NCBI GenBank assembly: GCA_030611085.1 | Contig: JAUWQI010000005.1 | Location: forward strand, 1-61,097 | Origin: Dehalococcoidia bacterium | GTDB taxonomy: Bacteria > Chloroflexota > Dehalococcoidia > GIF9 > AB-539-J10 | Length of the DNA stretch: 61,097 nucleotides | Direction of reading: 5' to 3' | Shown here: positions 19,271 through 29,086 of the stretch, piece after piece | Numbering within the stretch: the first letter of the stretch is position 1 | Layout of the letters: every line of letters starts with the position of its first letter | The notes under the pieces: generated by a model | Databases searched by the model: none | Seen by the model: only the letters and a program-made list of their open reading frames with translations | What the model was told of the DNA's origin: nothing | Translations under genes and position numbers: made by a program

Positions 19271-20641
19271 TTAATCCAGGGGGTTGATGACTAATCCAGC
19301 GGGGTCTTTAGGATAAAAGTAGGTTGATTTGCGTGGCAACTTGTCTTTTGCATTAACAACAGCCTTTACTATCTTTGGCTGTGGGGGAGTCAATAAGAAG
19401 GCTAATTGATATTTACTCTCTTTTATTTGCTGGTAGGCTTCATTTACATTCATGGTATAAGCAATGTCTCCGCTATTCTGCGCCAGCCCTAGCATCTTGT
19501 CTAGAATAATATGATTAAGAAGACTAACGCTAAACTGTCTATAAGCTTGAGAACGATTACCAGGTATCATAGTCTCAATGGAAGCATCTTGACGTTGTTT
19601 TAGCACTACCAGAAATTGAGCCTCTAAGCCTAAAATTCCTAAAGTTGCCTCACCAATCATTTTGGAGATTGCTTCGCTTTCCCTTCGCTTCGCTCTGGGC
19701 TTCGGCTCACCGCAATGACTAAAGAAGTCCCCAGTTAATGGAACAAAATCCAGGGTAAAGAAGTTTCCAAGCTGGCTTTCTAGCTTAGCCAAAGTAGAGG
19801 GTGCTATGCCACGCGCTAATCTATGGAGAGGAAGAATAACTAATCCAGGGTCGGAAAAATTAACCAATTCCATCATTGTATAATCGTAAGCTTCGTTCCG
19901 AGATTCTTCACTTCGTTCAGAATGATAGCTATGTCTTTCCTGCTGATAAGCTAGTGCCGTTTCGTATCTATGATGGCCGTCAGCCATATAAAGAGGTTGA
20001 GCGACTAAGGACTGACTTATTTGATGAATGAGGCTAGTATCGGTTATTGCCCAGATAATATGTCTTTCGTCACCCTCACCCTGTTCCTCTTTCATCAAGG
20101 AGGAGGGAACTGACATCTCGATTATGGGCTTAACTTGAGATGCCTCAGCTAACAATGGGGCAATTTTTTGTTCAGGATCCTGATATAGGGAAAACACTGG
20201 GCTGAAATTAGCTCGACAAGCGCGCATCAACTGTAAGCGGTCACCTTTAGCTTTAGAGTATGTTTCTTCGTGAGGATATATGCCGGTACCCCATGGTTCT
20301 AGCTTAACCCGAGCTATCAGCCCACGCCGCTTCCTTTCTTCCCCTAAGTAAGTAAAATAATGATCGTGTAAGTAAAAGGCGGGACAATCATCAATCTGAA
20401 GAATTCCTTGTTTTAGCCATTGTTGAAAGGTAATAGAAGCGCGGCTGTATTTGCTATTTGAGTCATTATCTCCGACTTGCCTTGGCGGCAATTCCAAGTG
20501 AATAGCATTGTAATCACTCATTTCGCAGTGAAAATTTTGCTGCTCAGGAGTGATAACATCATACGGAGGGCTGATGACTGCAGCTAAATCCCCAATAATC
20601 CCTTGATTGTAGCGTATGCCGCGAAATGGACAAATTTCCAT
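19271..20641 (-). CDS. DUF1015-family protein
   Basis: 456 aa. The N-terminal ISPPYDVITPEQQ is typical of the family. It carries two in-frame repeat insertions. Confidence 0.7.
   Translation of the reverse strand: MEICPFRGIRYNQGIIGDLAAVISPPYDVITPEQQNFHCEMSDYNAIHLELPPRQVGDNDSNSKYSRASITFQQWLKQGILQIDDCPAFYLHDHYFTYLGEERKRRGLIARVKLEPWGTGIYPHEETYSKAKGDRLQLMRACRANFSPVFSLYQDPEQKIAPLLAEASQVKPIIEMSVPSSLMKEEQGEGDERHIIWAITDTSLIHQISQSLVAQPLYMADGHHRYETALAYQQERHSYHSERSEESRNEAYDYTMMELVNFSDPGLVILPLHRLARGIAPSTLAKLESQLGNFFTLDFVPLTGDFFSHCGEPKPRAKRRESEAISKMIGEATLGILGLEAQFLVVLKQRQDASIETMIPGNRSQAYRQFSVSLLNHIILDKMLGLAQNSGDIAYTMNVNEAYQQIKESKYQLAFLLTPPQPKIVKAVVNAKDKLPRKSTYFYPKDPAGLVINPLD
19665..19720. repeat. TGTCATT-family repeat (reversed) inside the DUF1015 CDS
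   Basis: The reverse complement reads gtcattgcggtgagccgaagccc...gcgaagcaatctc and encodes HCGEPKPRAKRRESEAISK. Confidence 0.8.
19890..19929. repeat. TGTCATT-family repeat (reversed) inside the DUF1015 CDS
   Basis: The reverse complement reads gctatcattctgaacgaagtgaagaatctcggaacgaagc and encodes SYHSERSEESRNEA. Confidence 0.8.
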
Positions 20642-20647
20642 TCAACT

Positions 20648-20720
20648 TAAACTCTAAACAAACTCAAAATCCAAAACCCCAAACGTTTAGGGTTTAGATA
20701 GTAATGCCTAGTATTTAGAC
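20648..20720. repeat. ctaaactctaaac-family palindromic element overlapping the purL stop
   Basis: taaactctaaacaaa...aaacgtttagggtttag arms plus the shared tail tagtatttagac. Confidence 0.75.
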
Positions 20721-23003
20721 TTTAAGGCCATTACGCCAGGCTCTTTCTGCCCGGCCTAAAGGTAAATCGATATAAGCTTTCGGTTGATGGCTATCAGCTA
20801 TCAATAAGCGTTTGCCCCCAACTTTGCCCAGCCAAGTTAATGGCACTCTCCACCTTCTAGCTATTCGGTTCAATTTGGCTATCGACTTAGGTGATACTGA
20901 TACTATAACCGATGGGTGGGGCTCTCCAAAAAAAACAGAGTCCAATCTTCCCACTATTCTCCAATCCTCTCCTCTAAAGCCAACGTTACCTGTAATGCAA
21001 CTTTCGGCGATGGCTACTGCCAGCCCGCCCTCGGAACAATCATGAGCTGCTTTGACAAATCCTTGCCTTATGGCCTCCAGCAGTAGCTTCTGTACTCTCC
21101 TTTCCAAATCTAAGTCAATGGTAGGTCTACCTTTTACCAAGCCATGCACTAACTCCAAATATTCGCTACCGCCAAGACCATCTTCATTAGTCTCGAGCCT
21201 TGAGTCACTGGCCTCTAGCCCCTTGGACTCTTGACTCCTAACTCCCGACCGTCGTTTTAAGGAAAAGGGACCGCCGAGCAGAAATACCAAATCTCCTTCA
21301 TCTTTAAAAGACATGGTGCAATATCTGTGGATGTCATTCACAATTCCCACCATACCTATAACTGGAGTGGGATAGATAGCTTCACCTTTAGTTTCATTAT
21401 AAAGGCTAACATTGCCACTTATAACAGGGATTTGCATTTCTCGACAAGCTCGCGCCATACCTTTAATACATTCCTTTAATTGATAATAAACATCGTTTTT
21501 TTCGGGATTGCCAAAATTAAGGCAATCGGTAATGGCTAAAGGCTCAGCTCCACTACAAACCAAATTCCGAGCGGCCTCGGCCACAGCGAGCACCCCACCC
21601 AAGAAAGGATCAAGGTAGCAATATCGCCCATTGCCATCAGTGGTCAATGAAATACCCTTCTTAGTTCCTTTAATGCGTAAAACGGCAGCATCGCTGCCGG
21701 GAAAAACCACGGTATTATTCATCACTTGATGGTCATATTGGCGATAGACTCGTTCCTTGCTGGCAATATTGGGAGAAGCCAATAAACGAAGCAAAGTAGA
21801 ATTACATTGCCTCGGTTTAACATCGGGAACAGTGCTGGCGTCAAAGGATTGGAGTTCACTCAGCCAACTTGGCTTTTTAGCTCGCAGACGATAAAAAGGT
21901 GGGGAAACCAATAAATTCACTGGGGTTTGAGCCACAATTTTCTCCCCCTCTTTAACTATAGCCAAATCGCTATCAGTAACCTGCCCAATAATATCAGAGC
22001 GAAGTTCCCACTTATCAAGCAAGCCTTCTACCTTATCTTCATAGCCCTTCTTCACAATCACCAACATTCTCTCCTGTGATTCTGAGAGCATTACTTCATA
22101 AGGAGTCATGTTCTCTTCACGACGAGGCACTTTATTCACATCTATTTCCATGCCACCCCCACCTCTAGCTATAGATTCCATAACAGCGCTGGTTAACCCC
22201 GCAGCTCCTAAGTCCTGCATGCCTACAATCCAATCAGTCTGAGCCAGTTCGAGACACGCCTCTATAAGCAACTTCTCCAAAAAGGGATTGCCCACTTGAA
22301 CTGTTGGTCTTAACTCTTGCTCATCCTCGAAAGTGCGCGAAGCCAGGCCAGAAGCGCCATGAATTCCATCACGTCCGGTATCGGCTCCCACTAGCATTAA
22401 CAGATTACCGGCACCGCTTGCTTTAGCACTGACCAGTTTATCTTTCTCGGCAATGCCTAAACATAAGCCATTGACCAACGGATTAGCTGAGTAACAATCG
22501 GCAAAAAATACCTCGCCACCAACATCAGGTATCCCCAAGCAATTTCCATAAGCACCAATGCCACCAACGACCCCGTTAAATAAATAGCGATTATGGGATT
22601 CGGTTAGAGTCCCAAAGCGAAGCGAGTTAAGCAAGGCTATTGGGCGAGCGCCCATAGTGAAGATATCTCGCACAATACCACCCACTCCAGTGGCTGCACC
22701 CTGATAGGGCTCAATTGCTGAGGGGTGGTTATGAGATTCCATTTTCATCACCACCACCTGCCCATCTCCAATATCTATTACCCCAGCATTCTCCTCTCCC
22801 GGACTAACCAAGACATGCTTTCCCTTGGAGGGCAGGAGTTTGAGCAAAGGCTTGGAATGTTTATAGCCACAGTGCTCACTCCATAAAGAACCAAACATCC
22901 CCAACTCGACCTCGGTAGGCTCACGCCCTAACTGCTGGACGATAAGCTCATACTCCCTTTCGTTTAAAGCAACCTTATCCAGAATTTCTTTAGAGACAGC
23001 CAA
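20715..23003 (-). CDS. purL: Phosphoribosylformylglycinamidine synthase subunit PurL
   Basis: 762 aa, with [23 protein letters not shown]. Overlaps purQ by 14 nt. Confidence 0.95.
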   Translation of the reverse strand: MAVSKEILDKVALNEREYELIVQQLGREPTEVELGMFGSLWSEHCGYKHSKPLLKLLPSKGKHVLVSPGEENAGVIDIGDGQVVVMKMESHNHPSAIEPYQGAATGVGGIVRDIFTMGARPIALLNSLRFGTLTESHNRYLFNGVVGGIGAYGNCLGIPDVGGEVFFADCYSANPLVNGLCLGIAEKDKLVSAKASGAGNLLMLVGADTGRDGIHGASGLASRTFEDEQELRPTVQVGNPFLEKLLIEACLELAQTDWIVGMQDLGAAGLTSAVMESIARGGGGMEIDVNKVPRREENMTPYEVMLSESQERMLVIVKKGYEDKVEGLLDKWELRSDIIGQVTDSDLAIVKEGEKIVAQTPVNLLVSPPFYRLRAKKPSWLSELQSFDASTVPDVKPRQCNSTLLRLLASPNIASKERVYRQYDHQVMNNTVVFPGSDAAVLRIKGTKKGISLTTDGNGRYCYLDPFLGGVLAVAEAARNLVCSGAEPLAITDCLNFGNPEKNDVYYQLKECIKGMARACREMQIPVISGNVSLYNETKGEAIYPTPVIGMVGIVNDIHRYCTMSFKDEGDLVFLLGGPFSLKRRSGVRSQESKGLEASDSRLETNEDGLGGSEYLELVHGLVKGRPTIDLDLERRVQKLLLEAIRQGFVKAAHDCSEGGLAVAIAESCITGNVGFRGEDWRIVGRLDSVFFGEPHPSVIVSVSPKSIAKLNRIARRWRVPLTWLGKVGGKRLLIADSHQPKAYIDLPLGRAERAWRNGLKV

Positions 23004-23676
23004 TAATCGACTCCCAAATTAGATTACCATCCTCGCTGCCCAGAAGTGGCTCGCAAGCTCGCTCAGGGTGAGGCATCATGCCCAAAACATTACCCTCTTT
23101 GTTAACAACCCCTGCAATATTATGTAAAGAACCATTGGGATTAGCATCCTCGCTTATCTCGCCTGAGAGAGTAGAATAGCGAAAAACAACCTGACGATTG
23201 GCTTCTAATTCTTCCAGAGTAAGCTCATCAGCGTAGTAATTGCCTTCATAATGGGAGATGGGAATCCTTAATACTTGCTTTTTGTCACACTTAGAACTGA
23301 AGGAGGAATGATTATTCTCCACGCTGAGATTGACCCACTGGCATCGATATTGCAGATGACTGCTAGGCAATAACACCCCAGGTAGAAGCCCAGCTTCACA
23401 CAAAATCTGAAAACCATTACAGATACCGATAACCAATCCCCCATCATGAGCAAATTGTTCCACTGCTGACATGATTGGAGAGAAACGAGCTATAGCCCCT
23501 ACCCGAAGGTAATCACCGTAAGAGAAGCCTCCTGGAAGAACGATACAATCGTAGCCAGATAATTGAGTTTCCTTATGCCAAATATAGTCAGCTCCTTGCC
23601 CTAGGATATCGTGAAGAGCGTAGTAACAATCCTGGTCGCTCCAAGTGCCGGGAAAGACAATAATTCCGAATTTCAT
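22990..23676 (-). CDS. purQ: Phosphoribosylformylglycinamidine synthase glutaminase subunit PurQ
   Basis: 228 aa, with GGFSYGDYL, the catalytic Cys in ICNGFQIL, and MPHPER. Confidence 0.95.
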   Translation of the reverse strand: MKFGIIVFPGTWSDQDCYYALHDILGQGADYIWHKETQLSGYDCIVLPGGFSYGDYLRVGAIARFSPIMSAVEQFAHDGGLVIGICNGFQILCEAGLLPGVLLPSSHLQYRCQWVNLSVENNHSSFSSKCDKKQVLRIPISHYEGNYYADELTLEELEANRQVVFRYSTLSGEISEDANPNGSLHNIAGVVNKEGNVLGMMPHPERACEPLLGSEDGNLIWESIIGCL

Positions 23677-23740
23677 ACGAGCAAAGAAAAATGGCTAGGG
23701 ACACCATTTTACCACCAGCACACTTTAAATAACTGCACTA

Positions 23741-23769
23741 TGTCATTGCGAGCAAAGCGAAGCAATCTA
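23741..23769. repeat. TGTCATT-family repeat
   Basis: tgtcattgcgagcaaagcgaagcaatcta, nearly identical to 29680-29708 and 51592-51620. Confidence 0.85.
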
Positions 23770-23776
23770 TGCTACT

Positions 23777-24250
23777 CTACTTTGAGCTTGCTTCGTCGTT
23801 ATGCTCCACGCTAAGCAATTGCAAAACTATATCGCTGACTTCTTTTCCAGCAGCTTTGCCCTTAAGCTGAGGCATGAGTTGCGACATAACTTTACCCTTG
23901 TCTTTTATTCCGCTGGCTTCCGCTGCATCAATTACCTGGCGTGCTGCAACTATAATCTCTTCCCGATTCATCTGCTTGGGAAGATACTGCATAAGAATAT
24001 CCAACTCTGCTTCTTCCTGTGCCAAAAGGTCATTGCGATTCCCTTGCTTAAAGGCCTCAATACTCTCCTTGTGCTGTTTTACTTCCCTAGCAATAACATC
24101 GAGAGTTTTATTATCATCCAAAGGCTTTTGCTGGGCAATCTCAGCATTCTTTATCTCAGATAGCAGTAACCTCAATACAGAAACTTGTGTTCCTTCTCGC
24201 TGTTTAAGCGCCTCTTTGAGAGTTTCCCTTATCTTATCTTTCAGCGTCAT
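23777..24250 (-). CDS. yqeY: GatB/YqeY-domain protein
   Basis: 157 aa. Overall YqeY-like pattern (LKEALKQRE...VLRLLLSEIKNAEI) and the conserved rpsU-yqeY gene order. Confidence 0.75.
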   Translation of the reverse strand: MTLKDKIRETLKEALKQREGTQVSVLRLLLSEIKNAEIAQQKPLDDNKTLDVIAREVKQHKESIEAFKQGNRNDLLAQEEAELDILMQYLPKQMNREEIIVAARQVIDAAEASGIKDKGKVMSQLMPQLKGKAAGKEVSDIVLQLLSVEHNDEASSK

Positions 24251-24255
24251 CCCAG

Positions 24256-24432
24256 CTATCTGGCGCTTTTTCGCCTCTTCACTGCTTCTTTTTTCTTTCG
24301 CTCTTCACTAGGTTTCTGGTAGAACTTACGACGGCGAACCTCAGCTAAAATACGCTCTTGCTGCACTTGCTTATTAAATCTGCGCAGCAAGCTCTCAAAA
24401 CCTTCGCCTGAATTAAGCTTCACCCCAGTCAT
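24256..24432 (-). CDS. rpsU: 30S ribosomal protein S21 (missing from the ORF track because it is under 60 aa)
   Basis: My translation of the minus strand gives MTGVKLNSGEGFESLLRRFNKQVQQERILAEVRRRKFYQKPSEERKKKEAVKRRKSAR (58 aa), with TAG at 24256-24258. Confidence 0.85.
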   Translation of the reverse strand: MTGVKLNSGEGFESLLRRFNKQVQQERILAEVRRRKFYQKPSEERKKKEAVKRRKSAR

Positions 24433-24566
24433 ATTTAAGACAGGATATTCTATCTCCTACACCCCAGCTATGTCAATTTTGTGTGTGGCCAAAGGTAACA
24501 TATAGATTACAGAAATGCTTATCAATGTCTGGTATACTATCACTTGCCATAATCTAGGGAGGCAAG

Positions 24567-26300
24567 TTGAATATTATCAGAATTGGAATGGCTCAAATCA
24601 ACTCCACTGTGGGTGACTTGAGTGGCAATACCAAGAAGATAATTCAGTCTATTGATGAGGCAAAGTCGCTCGGAGTTGACCTGTTAACTTTCCCCGAATT
24701 AGCCATAACAGGCTATCCCCCTGAGGATTTGTTGCTCAAGCCGCAGTTTATCCAGCAAAATAAGGAAAGGCTTAACGAGGTAGTCGAGCATGCCTCAAAC
24801 ATAGCAGTAGTAGTAGGCTTCGTTGATAGCGATAGCGATATATACAACGCTGCTGCTGTAATCTACGACAATAAATTGGTAGGGGTCTATCACAAGTTCT
24901 ACCTACCCAACTATGGTGTGTTCGATGAAAATAGATATTTCCAAGCGGGAACGGAATGTCCTGTATTCATCATTTATGGCGTCTGCATAGGCGTAACCAT
25001 CTGTGAAGATATGTGGTATGAAACTGGGCCAGCAACGGTTCAATCTTATGCTGGGGCTAGACTATTAGTTAATATAAGTGCCTCTCCGTATCATGCAGGT
25101 AAAGGAGATTCTAGAGAAAGGATGCTTGCCACTAGAGCTAGCGATAATGTAGCCATTGTTGCCCATAATAATTTGGTTGGTGGGCAAGATGAGCTAGTTT
25201 TTGATGGCAATAGCCTAATTATTAACGAGAAGGGAGAACTTATCGCTCGAGGGAAGCAGTTTGAGGAGGAACTCATAGTGACTGATTTGGATGTGGAATC
25301 GGTATTCCGCTCCCAGTTGCATGACCCACGACGGAGGAAAGAGGCACCATGGGTTAAGAAGGAACAAGAACAGGCTGCCAAGATAGAAGTCTCAAGGGAA
25401 TATCTCTCAACTGCCAAGCCTGCCTTGCCACCAAGGCAAATTGAAAAGCTGGATGAACTTGCTGAGATATACCAAGCCCTTGTCCTTGGCACTAGAGATT
25501 ATGTGCGAAAAAATGGCTTCAAGAAGGTGGTTATTGGTTTATCTGGTGGTATTGACTCATCCCTGGTAGCTACCATAGCAGTGGATGGATTGGGAGCTGA
25601 CAATGTTGTAGGTGTTGCTATGCCTTCTCGTTATTCATCGCCTGGTAGCAAATCAGATGCTGAGCTATTAGCAAAGAATCTAGGGATAGATCTCAAGGTA
25701 ATACCTATTGAGAAAGCATTCAGTTCATACCTGGAAACGCTAGCAGAGCCTTTCAAAGATACCCAACCTGATGTGGCCGAGGAGAACATTCAAGCGCGTA
25801 TCAGAGGGAATATCCTCTTTGCCCTATCCAATAAGTTTGGCTGGTTAGTGCTTGCCTGTAGCAATAAAAGCGAGACGGCTACGGGCTATACTACACTTTA
25901 TGGAGATATGTCTGGAGGATTTATTCCACTCAAGGATGTGCCTAAAACAACGGTTTTTGAATTAGCCGAATACAAGAATTGCCAGGCAGGGTGGGAGGTG
26001 ATTCCGTCAAGCATTTTAACCAAAATGCCATCAGCTGAGCTAAAACCAGACCAGAAAGATACAGATACTCTGCCATCATATGAGGTGTTAGACCCTATTT
26101 TGAAGGCGTATGTGGAGGAAGATGCATCAATTGACCAAATCGTGGCTATGGGCTTTGGCCGTGAGATAGTCACGAGAGCAGCTCGATTGGTAGACAGAAA
26201 CGAATACAAACGCCGCCAAGCTGCCCCAGGCATAAAGATAACCCCGAGAAACTTTGGCAGGGATAGAAGATTGCCCATCACGAACAGATTTAGAGAGTAA
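24567..26300 (+). CDS. nadE: Glutamine-dependent NAD+ synthetase
   Basis: 577 aa, TTG start after GGGAGG. The CN-hydrolase domain carries FPELAITGYPPEDL and ICEDMWY. The PP-loop is GLSGGIDSS. Confidence 0.92.
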   Translation: MNIIRIGMAQINSTVGDLSGNTKKIIQSIDEAKSLGVDLLTFPELAITGYPPEDLLLKPQFIQQNKERLNEVVEHASNIAVVVGFVDSDSDIYNAAAVIYDNKLVGVYHKFYLPNYGVFDENRYFQAGTECPVFIIYGVCIGVTICEDMWYETGPATVQSYAGARLLVNISASPYHAGKGDSRERMLATRASDNVAIVAHNNLVGGQDELVFDGNSLIINEKGELIARGKQFEEELIVTDLDVESVFRSQLHDPRRRKEAPWVKKEQEQAAKIEVSREYLSTAKPALPPRQIEKLDELAEIYQALVLGTRDYVRKNGFKKVVIGLSGGIDSSLVATIAVDGLGADNVVGVAMPSRYSSPGSKSDAELLAKNLGIDLKVIPIEKAFSSYLETLAEPFKDTQPDVAEENIQARIRGNILFALSNKFGWLVLACSNKSETATGYTTLYGDMSGGFIPLKDVPKTTVFELAEYKNCQAGWEVIPSSILTKMPSAELKPDQKDTDTLPSYEVLDPILKAYVEEDASIDQIVAMGFGREIVTRAARLVDRNEYKRRQAAPGIKITPRNFGRDRRLPITNRFRE

Positions 26301-26320
26301 AGGGATAATTTCAGTAATCG

Positions 26321-26341
26321 CAGTTGCCCAATTTATTGGGC
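26321..26341. repeat. GTAG-type (REP-like) hairpin, variant head GCAG
   Basis: cagttGCCCAAtttaTTGGGC, 21 nt after the nadE stop. Confidence 0.7.
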
Positions 26342-26456
26342 TTAAAGCAAAGAAAATGAGAAAAATAGGCGGCATTCTACCGGGAGTGGGCTTAGGAAGC
26401 GCAGAGTTCAGACTGCCATTTATTATTAATTACTAAACACCCTCCTTTCTCCTTCC

Positions 26457-26485
26457 TTGACAAAATGTTTTCATGCTAATACAAT
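26457..26485 (+). promoter_or_regulatory. Sigma70-type promoter for the ferredoxin-hisH... operon
   Basis: TTGACA (26457-26462), a 17-nt spacer, then TACAAT (26480-26485), about 48 nt upstream of the ATG at 26534. Confidence 0.55.
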
Positions 26486-26533
26486 ACGGTAAACGGCTAC
26501 CGACGGCTATACTAAAAATGAGGGGCGCTTAGA

Positions 26534-26983
26534 ATGAAAAGAATATATGTTAAGGAGGAAGCTTGCATTGGCTGTGGTCTCTGTCAGGTTTATTGCCAAA
26601 CAGAACACTCCCAATCCAAGGATATAATCAAAGCTTTTAAGAAAGAGTCTCCTCGACCTTTGCCGCGTGTTTGGGTGGAGGCAAGAGAGAATGTTTCCTT
26701 TGCTATTCAATGCCGCCAATGTAGCGAACCCTGGTGCGTTTATTCCTGCCTTACAGGCGCAATGCACAATGACCCCGTGAGCGGATTGATTACTGTTGAT
26801 GCAGAGAGGTGCATTGGCTGTTGGACTTGCATAGTAGCTTGCCCTTATGGAGCGCTAACAAAAGATACAAGCAATAATACTGTTGTTAAGTGCGACCTTT
26901 GCCCCGGAAGGGATATTCCTGCCTGTGTGGCTAATTGCCCCAACGAAGCGCTTGTACTGAGTGAAGACGGCGAAAAAGGATGA
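26534..26983 (+). CDS. 2x[4Fe-4S] ferredoxin-domain protein
   Basis: 149 aa, with CIGCGLCQVYC and CIGCWTCIVACP plus extra Cys motifs. Confidence 0.8.
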   Translation: MKRIYVKEEACIGCGLCQVYCQTEHSQSKDIIKAFKKESPRPLPRVWVEARENVSFAIQCRQCSEPWCVYSCLTGAMHNDPVSGLITVDAERCIGCWTCIVACPYGALTKDTSNNTVVKCDLCPGRDIPACVANCPNEALVLSEDGEKG

Positions 26984-26984
26984 T

Positions 26985-27608
26985 ATGAATAAGATGATTG
27001 CTATAATTGATTATGGTGCCGGGAATTTACGCAGTGTTACTAATGCCATTAAGAAACTAGGTTACCAAGCAAAGGTAACAAGCAATCCTGGAGATGTAAT
27101 TGACGCCGCAGCGGTTATTCTCCCCGGCGTTGGCGCTGCAGGAGATACCATAGATAGCTTGGAGAAATTAGGTATGATTAAGGTTATTCAGCAGCTGATT
27201 CAGCAGGAGCAACCGCTTTTTGCCATTTGCGTAGGATTGCAAATACTGTTTTCCGGAACTGAAGAAGGGGGCTGGCATGAATGTTTGGGGATGATTCCTG
27301 GAACTGTAAAAAAACTGCCTTCAGGGCTTAAGATTCCTCATATGGGTTGGAACCAAGTGAAACAGAGAATCACCCACCCTCTTTTTGACGGTATACCTGA
27401 TGAAACAAACTTTTATTTTGTTCATAGCTATTATGCTGAGCTTGATGATATGTCAGTTGTAGCCGGCACGACAGATTACGGTGTGCCTATATGCAGCGTG
27501 GCGATTAAGGATAGTCTAGTGGCAACCCAATTTCACCCCGAGAAAAGTGGTGAGTTTGGATTAAGGATGTATTCCAACTTTTTGAAGATGGCTTTAAGTG
27601 GGAGGTAA
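26985..27608 (+). CDS. hisH: Imidazole glycerol phosphate synthase glutaminase subunit HisH
   Basis: IIDYGAGNLRSV, the catalytic Cys in FAICVGLQIL, and QFHPEKSG. The start is taken at ATG 26985, just after the ferredoxin stop. Confidence 0.9.
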   Translation: MNKMIAIIDYGAGNLRSVTNAIKKLGYQAKVTSNPGDVIDAAAVILPGVGAAGDTIDSLEKLGMIKVIQQLIQQEQPLFAICVGLQILFSGTEEGGWHECLGMIPGTVKKLPSGLKIPHMGWNQVKQRITHPLFDGIPDETNFYFVHSYYAELDDMSVVAGTTDYGVPICSVAIKDSLVATQFHPEKSGEFGLRMYSNFLKMALSGR

Positions 27609-27620
27609 CTGCCCACCCAG

Positions 27621-27697
27621 TGTCATTCTGAGGGAGCAACGCGACCGAAGAATCTCAGAGACCCTTCCCTTTCGTTTCACTCAGGGTCAGGGTGACA
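27621..27697 (+). repeat. Full-length long-hairpin repeat (TGTCATTCTGAG...CTCAGGGTGACA type)
   Basis: tgtcattctgagggagcaacgcgaccgaagaatctc...ctcagggtcagggtgaca. The termini pair with two G-U wobbles on the + strand only. Confidence 0.85.
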
Positions 27698-27736
27698 TAA
27701 AGGGTGCTTGAACAGCCAGGTGGGAGACAAACATAA

Positions 27737-29038
27737 ATGAGAACTAAATACTTGATTATAGGAAACTCGGCTGGTGGCATCGGAGCCGCTGAAGCGATAC
27801 GAGAAGCAGATGAGGAAAACATCTTGACCATCATTTCCGACGAATCTTACCCTGTCTATTCACGTCCTCTTATCTCAAAGTATTTAACTAAAGAATGTAC
27901 TCTTGATAAGATGTTATACCGCCCCGCTGATTTCTATGCCCAGAACAACATTGTTTTTCTTCCAGACAGGAGAGTGACACACTTGGAACCGAGCCATCGG
28001 ACTGCTCAATTTGAAGATGGTGAACATATTATTTGGGAGAAGCTTTTGCTTGCCGTAGGAGGGACCCCCATTGTTCCTAAAATAGGAGGAAGGGAAAGGA
28101 AGGGCGTTTTTACCTTCACTACCTTGAATGACGCCAAAGCAGTTGACAAGTTTTTAGAAAACGGCGTTAAAAAAGCGGTAGTCATTGGTGGTGGGTTGAT
28201 TGGGATTAGTGCTACCGAAGCTCTAGTGAAACGCGGGATTGAAGTTAAAATAATAGAGATGAAAGAGCGGGTTTTAAATACCATCATTGATGAACAGGCA
28301 TCCTTGATGGCTGAAGAGGCACTTAAGCAAGCTGAGGTTAAAATTATTACCGGCCATACCGTGGCTGAGATTAGCGGGAGCGATGCACTAGAGAGTGTCA
28401 TATTAGATAATGAAGAGGAAATACCTTGCGACTTAGTGGTGATAGCTATCGGGGTATCTCCACGCACTGAGCTCGCTTTAGATGCTGGAATAAAAATAAA
28501 CCGAGGTATAGTGGTAGACTGCCATATGGCTACTAGCCATCCAGATATTTATTCTTGTGGAGATGCGGCCGAAGCTTACGACTTCGTGTATGAGGAAAAC
28601 AGACTCACTCCCATCTGGCCCAATGCTTATGTTGGAGGCAGGGTTGCTGGCTATAACATGGCTGGTATTGACAAAGAATACCCCGGTGGTACAGCTATGA
28701 ACTCGCTCAATTATTTTGGAATTGACATTGCCTCTGCTGGCATAACAACACTGCCTAATAGCAATAACTATGAAGTCATTAGCAAGCAAGATGGCAGCAT
28801 ATACCAAAAAGTTGTATTAAAAGACGACTTCATAGTGGGAATGATATTTGTAGGAAACATTGAAAAATCAGGCATAGTTTTTGGCTTGATGAGGGATAAA
28901 GTTAATGTGGGAAGCTTCAAGCAATCACTTTTGGCAGATGATTTTGGCCTGGCATTTCTTCCTCGGAAACTATGGCAAGAGCGATTGGAAACTCCGCCAG
29001 AGCTTGCGTATTCAAACAGGCGGCATTGGTCAAACTGA
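27737..29038 (+). CDS. FAD/NAD(P)-dependent pyridine-nucleotide oxidoreductase
   Basis: 433 aa, with LIIGNSAGGIGAAEAI, VVIGGGLIGISATEAL and YSCGDAAE. Confidence 0.78.
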   Translation: MRTKYLIIGNSAGGIGAAEAIREADEENILTIISDESYPVYSRPLISKYLTKECTLDKMLYRPADFYAQNNIVFLPDRRVTHLEPSHRTAQFEDGEHIIWEKLLLAVGGTPIVPKIGGRERKGVFTFTTLNDAKAVDKFLENGVKKAVVIGGGLIGISATEALVKRGIEVKIIEMKERVLNTIIDEQASLMAEEALKQAEVKIITGHTVAEISGSDALESVILDNEEEIPCDLVVIAIGVSPRTELALDAGIKINRGIVVDCHMATSHPDIYSCGDAAEAYDFVYEENRLTPIWPNAYVGGRVAGYNMAGIDKEYPGGTAMNSLNYFGIDIASAGITTLPNSNNYEVISKQDGSIYQKVVLKDDFIVGMIFVGNIEKSGIVFGLMRDKVNVGSFKQSLLADDFGLAFLPRKLWQERLETPPELAYSNRRHWSN

Positions 29039-29053
29039 GGAAATCTTTACTGT

Positions 29054-29075
29054 GTAGTTGCCTGATTTATCAGGC
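29054..29075. repeat. GTAG-type (REP-like) hairpin
   Basis: GTAGTTGCCTGAtttaTCAGGC, just upstream of pdxT. Confidence 0.75.
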
Positions 29076-29086
29076 TTGTAGCAAAA

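Noticed and set aside
24495-24510. Additional GlnR-type boxes at other promoters: GTAAC-n6-ATTAC before nadE, phased GTTTC/GTTTA boxes at 29722-29760, and GTGAC-n6-GTATA at 38348-38363 before glnA
   Set aside because: Only one or two pentamers fit at each site and the spacing patterns are inconsistent. In AT-rich intergenic DNA these could be chance matches. Only the amt site has four correctly phased boxes.
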